From positions 1-53,054 of the forward strand of contig JAFGMS010000460.1 of assembly GCA_016927375.1 (NCBI GenBank): a stretch of DNA of 53,054 nucleotides. Direction: 5' to 3'. The position numbers and the translations under genes were made by a program. Under the pieces are notes generated by a model, which saw nothing but the letters and a program-made list of their open reading frames with translations, did no database searches and was not told where the DNA came from. Positions 47,146 to 53,054 of the stretch are shown here, piece by piece (position 1 is the stretch's first letter; every line of letters starts with the position of its first letter). The DNA comes from Anaerolineae bacterium (GTDB taxonomy: Bacteria > Chloroflexota > Anaerolineae > Aggregatilineales > UBA3940).

Positions 47146-48093
47146 TTACTTAAGTGCCTCAATGCCTTCCGGTGTGTCTACCACGTATCCTACAGCTTCC
47201 CGATCGATGCGTTTGAGCAGGCCGGTCAGGACGTTCTTGCTGCCGAACTCGACATAGGTCGTGATTCCCATGCCTTTCATGACCTGGACACTCTCTGTCC
47301 ATCGTACTGGAGAGATGAGTTGGTTGCCGAGCTCGGCACAGATCTCCTCAATACTGGTCAGTTGGCTGGCCTGGGTATTCCCGATGATCGGCACGACAGG
47401 AGCGCTGAATGGCATAGCCTCCGCTGCTGCTCGGAATTCATCAGCAACGTGGGTCATTAAGGGTGAATGTGAGGCGATGGTGACTGGTAGGCGCACAGCG
47501 CGCCTGGCGCCGGCAGCAGTGGCTCCTTCGATGGCCTGGGCAAGGGTGGCCTCATCGCCAGCTATGACGATCTGGCCGGGGCAGTTATCGTTGGCAATCA
47601 CAACGATGCCTTCTGTGGCCTTGGCTGCTTCGGTGCAAACAACTTCGACGGCTTCACGATCCAGTCCCAGTAATGCAGCCATTCCGCCGGGACTGTGTTG
47701 GCCGGCGTCTTGCATCAATTCACCTCGACGGCGGACGAGCTTCAGCCCATCCGGAAAACTCAGTGCTCCTGCGGCGGTCAGAGCGGTCAATTCACCCAGG
47801 CTGTGACCCGCTACACAGGCGGGCTGGAAAGGTGTATCGCCCCAAACTGTATACAAAGAGCGCATTGCGGCAATGCCCGCTACGTACAAGGCTGGTTGAG
47901 CGTTAATAGTCTCGGTCAGCGTCTCTGCGGGTCCCTCGAAGCACAGCTTTGACAGCGCGAAGCCGAGCAGATCGTCAGCCTCCTCGAATGTCTGGCGGGC
48001 AACCGGGCACTGTGCTGCCAATGCTGCGCCCATCCCGACGCTTTGTGAGCCCTGACCGGGGAAGACAAAAGCTGTTGTTGCCTGGTCAAGCAT
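47146..48093 (-). CDS. fabD: Malonyl-CoA:ACP transacylase
   Basis: ORF to 48180. ATG 48093 lies 7 nt after GGAG. FVFPGQGSQSVGMG and active-site GHSLGE. Confidence 0.93.
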   Translation of the reverse strand: MLDQATTAFVFPGQGSQSVGMGAALAAQCPVARQTFEEADDLLGFALSKLCFEGPAETLTETINAQPALYVAGIAAMRSLYTVWGDTPFQPACVAGHSLGELTALTAAGALSFPDGLKLVRRRGELMQDAGQHSPGGMAALLGLDREAVEVVCTEAAKATEGIVVIANDNCPGQIVIAGDEATLAQAIEGATAAGARRAVRLPVTIASHSPLMTHVADEFRAAAEAMPFSAPVVPIIGNTQASQLTSIEEICAELGNQLISPVRWTESVQVMKGMGITTYVEFGSKNVLTGLLKRIDREAVGYVVDTPEGIEALK

Positions 48094-48373
48094 AATCAAT
48101 CTCCGTAAATGGTAATACTTGTCAGAATATGGGTAAACATCCAATGTCTGGCACAACCGCCATGTGGAAGTTTCACACATTCAGAACAAAGCTCAACTAT
48201 ACAACAAGTCAGTTTCAATAAGGATACGATACACACAACTTGTGAATGGTATCCAACGTTGTGTGGGGTAGGGGGATGCTGCTCTAGATCGAGGAAAACA
48301 AAAGACCGCGCTCCTGTTCAGAAACACGGCCCGGGCAGATAACAGAGGATATCTCATGCTCCTCTGCTCAGCT

Positions 48374-48553
48374 TCATTTGATTTCGATGACCTCACGGTC
48401 TCGATAGTGCCCACAACTCTTGCAGACGGTGTGTGGGAGTTTCATCTCGCCGCAGTTTTCACAAGCAACTAGGTTTAACGGCTGTAGTTGATCGTGCTGG
48501 CGACGGCGCCCACGCCGTCCTTTGGAAACCTTGCGTTTTGGTAGCGGACCCAT
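48374..48553 (-). CDS. rpmF: 50S ribosomal protein L32 (zinc form)
   Basis: Not in the ORF track. Hand translation gives MGPLPKRKVSKGRRGRRRQHDQLQPLNLVACENCGEMKLPHTVCKSCGHYRDREVIEIK, with CxxC...CxxC. Confidence 0.88.
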   Translation of the reverse strand: MGPLPKRKVSKGRRGRRRQHDQLQPLNLVACENCGEMKLPHTVCKSCGHYRDREVIEIK

Positions 48554-48694
48554 AACAGATTCTACTCCTGATCCTGACAGTAGTTACCCGGCCTGACGCC
48601 GGGCACAGGTCCAGATTATATCGGACCTGCCGGAGGTGTCAAGATTTTGCCCGTAAAGCGCGTTCCTACATAACAATGAATGAATCAGTACCTG

Positions 48695-49255
48695 CTAATC
48701 GCGCCTGGTCTGGATACGCTCGATGCGCATTGGCTCGCTGGTATCCAGCGTCGAGGGCGTATCGATCTCGGTTGGTGTGGGCTCAGGTTTGTCGCCTGGT
48801 TTACGGGCTGCTGTCTCGGTCTGAACATGAGCGATTCCATTGCGAACCACCATCAGTGTGCGATTGAGCGCATCTTCCAAATCAGAAAGCACGTCCATGA
48901 CATACTGATCTGCGTCGCGGCGGATGCTGTCAGCTTCCTGGCGGCTCTGCTCGATGATACTGGCCGCGCGTGCCTGGGCTGCCTGTGTGATGCTGTCTCG
49001 CTGGATGAGCGTTTCACTTTTCTTGTGTGCCAGCTCACGAATCCTGGCAGCCTCCTCATTTGCCTGAGCGATCACACGCTCCCGCTCGCGCAGGATACGT
49101 TTGGCCTTTTCGATCTCTTCAGGAATTGATATGCGCATCTGATCGATCAGTTCAAGCGCGTGCTGCTCATCGACTACCGTCTGGGCGGTGAATGGAAGGT
49201 GACGACCGGAGTTGAGCATTTCCTCCAAACGATCCACCAGATGTTGTATGTCCAA
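48695..49255 (-). CDS. Coiled-coil protein of unknown function (DivIVA / ATP-synthase-b-like composition)
   Basis: ORF 48695-49309. In-frame TTG 49255 lies 6 nt after GGAGAGGAGG. Long charged helical region EEIEKAKRILRERERVIAQANEEAARIRELAHKK. Sits between coaD and rpmF. Confidence 0.55.
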   Translation of the reverse strand: MDIQHLVDRLEEMLNSGRHLPFTAQTVVDEQHALELIDQMRISIPEEIEKAKRILRERERVIAQANEEAARIRELAHKKSETLIQRDSITQAAQARAASIIEQSRQEADSIRRDADQYVMDVLSDLEDALNRTLMVVRNGIAHVQTETAARKPGDKPEPTPTEIDTPSTLDTSEPMRIERIQTRRD

Positions 49256-49395
49256 GGCAGGCCTCCTCTCCAAATTCTGTGAGAAATGACAGCTCACCAA
49301 CTTGACCATGATAGCCTGCGCAAGAGGCTTTCAGGATGACAAGTCAATAAGTCTGCATTCCTGAATATAGTTTTACTACACCTTGGCCCAGGCCG

Positions 49396-49926
49396 CTAGT
49401 CGCGCAGGGAGACCATATCTACTGGTTGCTCCCCATCTCTGCCCAATTTATGAAAACGAGCAACCAGTGCTTCCTGAACGTTAGCTGGGACCATTGAGCT
49501 GACGTCTCCTCCAAGGGCCGCGATTTCGCGAACTGTGCTGCTGGAAAGATGCATGTGCTCTTCGGCAGTGATTAGACACACTACCTCGATATCCGGCGCA
49601 AGACGATGGTTGGCCAAGGCCATACGGAATTCTAACTCAAAATCGGAAAAAACGCGCAATCCGCGAACAATGACCTGGGCGCCAACCCGGTGGGCAAAAT
49701 CGACGGTCAGGCCGCTGTAGCTTTCCACCTGGATGCCTGGGACTGATTTAAGAACTTCTCGGGTCATTTCGAATCGCTCTTCAATGGGAAAGAGAAGTTG
49801 TTTAAGTGGTCTATCATAAACACCAACTACTACTTCGTCAAAGATGCGAGCTGCACGTGTGGCAATATCATAATGTCCCAGGTGGATGGGGTCGAAGGTT
49901 GCCGGGAAGATGGCTCTACGGATCAC
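49396..49926 (-). CDS. coaD: Phosphopantetheine adenylyltransferase
   Basis: 176 aa with GTG start. FPATFDPIHLGHYDI carries the T/HxGH nucleotidyltransferase motif. Confidence 0.92.
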   Translation of the reverse strand: MIRRAIFPATFDPIHLGHYDIATRAARIFDEVVVGVYDRPLKQLLFPIEERFEMTREVLKSVPGIQVESYSGLTVDFAHRVGAQVIVRGLRVFSDFELEFRMALANHRLAPDIEVVCLITAEEHMHLSSSTVREIAALGGDVSSMVPANVQEALVARFHKLGRDGEQPVDMVSLRD

Positions 49927-50031
49927 GAATTGTCTCCAGATGAATATCTCGTCGTGTGAAATGATTGGCTGGGGCAGGGCTTATCCTGTCCGGAAAGGTT
50001 TCCTGCCAGTCAATTAATGGGTGAATTGTTG

Positions 50032-52608
50032 CTAACTGATGTCCCCTTGTTGGCCTAAACACGAGACACGTTTGGCCAGGGCCTGGTGCTCTGGCCGCTG
50101 AAGCTCAGGATCGTGCTCGTATATGGCTCTTGCTTCACGCTGCACCTGCTCTACCAGACGTGCATCCATCAAGTTAGCAAAGTGGATATCGCCAAACCCA
50201 CTTTGCCGGTAGCCAAGCAGGTCGCCTGCTCCACGCATCTCCCAATCGATCTGGGCCAGCCGAAAGCCATCAGTTGTCTCTTCCATGGCCTTCAAACGCT
50301 CGTCTGTCTCGAAGAAGGCATTATCAGACATGAGCAGACAATAGCTTTCATGTCCTCCTCGCCCCACACGTCCTCTGAGCTGGTGTAGCTGGGCCAGCCC
50401 AAACCGGTTGGCATTCTCGATGAGCATAACGGTGGCATTGGGGACGTCGATGCCTACCTCGATCACCGAAGTGCTCACCAGGATGTCTATATCGCCACGA
50501 TAGAAAGCGGTCATGACGGCATCTTTGTCATCGGTTCGCATACGGCCATGCAGCAGACCAAGACGCAAGTCAGGGAAGGCCATCTTTTGCAATCGCTCAT
50601 GTTCAGCCGTGGCTGCCCGGGCCGACAGCTTGTCGCTTTCTTCAACCAGCGGGTAGATGATAAATGCCTGGTGCCCCTTCTCGACCTGGCCACGGATAAA
50701 CGAATAGGCCCTTTCGCGCTCCTTAGGTTGAAGGATACGTGTCTGTACGGGCACACGACCAGGCGGCATTTCATCGATGATGGTCAAATCCAGATCGGCA
50801 TGCAGAGTCAGGGCCAGGGTGCGCGGGATTGGGGTAGCTGTCATGACCAACAGGTGAGGGTTAGCGTCTGCTGCTTTATCGCGCAGCGCGCCACGCTGGG
50901 CAACGCCGAAGCGGTGCTGCTCATCAATAACGGCTAGTCCCAGGTGGGCAAAATGCACGTCCGGTTGGATCAGTGCATGTGTTCCGACGATTACATGAAT
51001 AGAGCCGTGGGCCAGACCGGCATAGATTGCTTCGCGTTCGCTTTGCGGTGTATGCCCAGTCAGTAAATCAATGATAATGTGGTCTCGTAGAGGACTGTTG
51101 TCAAATATCTCATGCAGGTTGTCATAGTGCTGCTGGGCCAGGATGCTGGTGGGGGTCATCATAACAGCCTGAGTATTGTTGGCAACAGCTATTCCCATCG
51201 CCAGCGCCGCGACTGCCGTTTTGCCGCTGCCGACATCCCCTTGGAGTAGACGGTTCATAGGAACATCGCCGGCTATATCATGCCGGATGTCTTCGATGGC
51301 ATTTTGCTGTGCGGCTGTCAACTGGTAAGGAAGGGACTGGAGGAAGGCACTCACCCATTCATCGTCTGCGACCAGTGGTGTTCCCTGGCGGCTCTGCCAG
51401 AGATAGCGCTGTTTGAGCATGTTTAAGTGCAGAGTAAACAGATCGTCAAAAGCCAAACGGTGGAGCGCAGCCTCTTTGTCTTCCTGGTTGTCCGGGAAAT
51501 GTGCTTGAGAGATGGCGTCACCGTAATCCATCAGATCGGCATTCTCACGAATGCTTACCGGTAGATAATCGGGAAGCTTCACCGCCCATGCATCCACTGC
51601 TTTCTTGATCAGTCTGCGCAGTGTCTTGTTAGTGATCCCCTTGCTCAACGGGTAAACGGGCACGATTCGCCCAGCCTGGAGCCACTCGCTCTCCAGCGGC
51701 TCCAGCTCAGGCGAATTCATCACCAGCCGCCCCAGATATTGCTCAATTTTGCCGCTGACGACGACCATGTCACCTTCTTTGAGCTTATCGGCTATCCAGG
51801 GTTGGTTGAACCAGTTGAGACGGAGTGTACCGCTTTCATCTTCCAAATAAGCTTCGACGCGTGTCATGTCCTGTTTTGTCCGGACCGTCTGGATGTGGGC
51901 AAACATACCGATCACGGTGACTTCCTCACCGATTTGCAGCTGCTGGATGATCTTCATCTTGCTGTAATCGTCATATCGGCGAGGAAAGTGAAAGAGCAAA
52001 TCACGAGCTTTATGAAGCTCCAACTTGGCCAGTTGTGCGGCACGTTTATCGCCGATACCACGGAGCTGGGAGAGAGGTTGTTCTAGTTGGCTGTTCAGAG
52101 CGGGATCAACCGGAGCGGGCTCTTGCCATGCATAACCCCGCCGCTCCCGAACGGAACGCGGTGCAGTGACGGGTTCTCTTGGCCGGGTACCAGTTGAAGG
52201 ACCTGGTGCTTTGGTCTCAGTAAGCGGTTCCTCATCGGGTAGTTCTGCCTCCGCCTGGTCCCTGGTCGGGTGTTCAGGTTTCACAGCAGCAGGGGGTTCG
52301 GTTGGAATAGTGGGCTCGATATTGCCTGCTTGCTGGGGCGCAGCAACCTGTGTCTGGCCACTTGCCAGGGCAATGATCGTCTCTATTTCTGCTGTCCGCT
52401 GAGACTCATCAAGTGTCTCATACGTGCGCAGCCGACTGGTAATCTCGTCAACCAGTGTGTGATGACTATCCGTCTTGGCCTGGCCATGTGCTTCTCGTGC
52501 CCAGTGATAGGCAAACCGCGCAAAGCCACCGATAACGGCCTTGTTCTGGTAGCCTTTCTGTTGTTCCAGTCTCAATATTTTGATCAGCGTTTGCAGTGAA
52601 GAAGCCAC
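50032..52608 (-). CDS. recG: ATP-dependent DNA helicase RecG (long N-terminal extension)
   Basis: 858 aa. Wedge domain, helicase motif I GDVGSGKT, motif II DEQHRFG and motif VI QLRGRVGRG. About 170 extra low-complexity N-terminal residues. Confidence 0.95.
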   Translation of the reverse strand: MASSLQTLIKILRLEQQKGYQNKAVIGGFARFAYHWAREAHGQAKTDSHHTLVDEITSRLRTYETLDESQRTAEIETIIALASGQTQVAAPQQAGNIEPTIPTEPPAAVKPEHPTRDQAEAELPDEEPLTETKAPGPSTGTRPREPVTAPRSVRERRGYAWQEPAPVDPALNSQLEQPLSQLRGIGDKRAAQLAKLELHKARDLLFHFPRRYDDYSKMKIIQQLQIGEEVTVIGMFAHIQTVRTKQDMTRVEAYLEDESGTLRLNWFNQPWIADKLKEGDMVVVSGKIEQYLGRLVMNSPELEPLESEWLQAGRIVPVYPLSKGITNKTLRRLIKKAVDAWAVKLPDYLPVSIRENADLMDYGDAISQAHFPDNQEDKEAALHRLAFDDLFTLHLNMLKQRYLWQSRQGTPLVADDEWVSAFLQSLPYQLTAAQQNAIEDIRHDIAGDVPMNRLLQGDVGSGKTAVAALAMGIAVANNTQAVMMTPTSILAQQHYDNLHEIFDNSPLRDHIIIDLLTGHTPQSEREAIYAGLAHGSIHVIVGTHALIQPDVHFAHLGLAVIDEQHRFGVAQRGALRDKAADANPHLLVMTATPIPRTLALTLHADLDLTIIDEMPPGRVPVQTRILQPKERERAYSFIRGQVEKGHQAFIIYPLVEESDKLSARAATAEHERLQKMAFPDLRLGLLHGRMRTDDKDAVMTAFYRGDIDILVSTSVIEVGIDVPNATVMLIENANRFGLAQLHQLRGRVGRGGHESYCLLMSDNAFFETDERLKAMEETTDGFRLAQIDWEMRGAGDLLGYRQSGFGDIHFANLMDARLVEQVQREARAIYEHDPELQRPEHQALAKRVSCLGQQGDIS

Positions 52609-52915
52609 AGCGTTTTCAAATTCCCTTTCCCAGAATTGACTGCCGACGGGTGTTTCGCGGCATACATAAGCTCATAGTCATGACCATGCGCGAGAACATT
52701 GAGCACTTGCTCAAAATAACGGCTCAACGACAAAAAGTAGGGTTGGTGAACGTGTTGGGTGGCGGTCGGCCGGTAGAGCAGGAGAAGAATAGTCGAGAAA
52801 TCAACTTGCTCGTGCTGCCACCCAACCTACGGAATTCCGCCTTAGCATACCTCACTTGCATACTTAGGTGACATTTCCCCACTTTTCCGCGTTGAGCCAA
52901 AATAACTTCACACGT

Positions 52916-53054
52916 CTTTAAGCAGTTGAGCGTCGAAGTAATCCGCACCCTGAGTTTATTGATGCCTAACTGTACTAGTACTTTGCGGCGGAAATCTGTA
53001 TCCAGTCGAGAAGTGCAACGCAAAGTACTTTATACAGTTGGGAAGATTGCCTTA
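52916..53054. repeat. Mosaic repeat copy D (forward unit + hairpin + start of reverse unit, cut by window end)
   Basis: CTTTAAGCAGTTGAGCG...GATGCCTAACTGTACTAGT (52916-52979). Hairpin arms GTACTTTGCG (52978-52987) and CGCAAAGTAC (53019-53028). TACAGTTGGG restarts at 53033. Confidence 0.8.

Noticed and set aside
52596-53023. ORFs 52596-52871 (+) and 52724-53023 (-)
   Set aside because: They overlap each other, the recG start and the mosaic repeat. They have no SD and no motifs.

Overview
The window is mostly core housekeeping DNA at about 50-55% GC. By gene content and protein style it may be Chloroflexota-like, but that is an unverified inference.

Gene layout:
- 1-19.4 kb (+ strand): tuf, then an almost complete S10-spc-alpha ribosomal super-operon. 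It runs rpsJ through rplQ, with secY, adk, map, rpmJ and rpoA, followed by truA-rplM-rpsI. infA is missing from its usual slot.
- 19.5-43 kb: mixed genes. These are a SAM methyltransferase, a YabN/MazG-type fusion, tRNA-Pro(CGG), a pfkB / CDP-alcohol phosphatidyltransferase / lgt cluster, an ABC-2 exporter pair plus an MBL hydrolase, a cNMP-binding protein with a 65-aa partner, an SLT transglycosylase, hsp20, lon, an orphan receiver, a PHP + AlbA_2 (Schlafen-like) fusion, mogA, a GT39-like membrane glycosyltransferase, an MFS transporter and a DUF1232 protein.
- 43-52.6 kb (- strand): recG, coaD, a coiled-coil protein, rpmF, fabD, fabG, asp23, nusB and a COG2403-type GTPase-like gene.

I found no cas genes, integrase, transposase or canonical defence operon.

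Signals the gene map does not explain:
1. A 1.5-kb ORF-poor, hairpin-rich tract (30605-32135).
2. Three intergenic arrays of 21-22-bp tandem units. Two of them have palindromic cores: 7 units at 22259-22411 and 4 units at 41731-41814. The third has about 3 units at 44895-44960.
3. A nested-palindrome mosaic repeat family (core CTTAAGCAGTTGGG ... GCCCAACTGTACTAG) at four intergenic loci, plus a second CTCTGCG-type repeat family.
4. An 840-bp ORF-free tract (44512-45355).
5. The PHP-AlbA_2 fusion protein downstream of lon and the receiver gene.

All functional readings of these five are hypotheses. I ran no database or folding computation.
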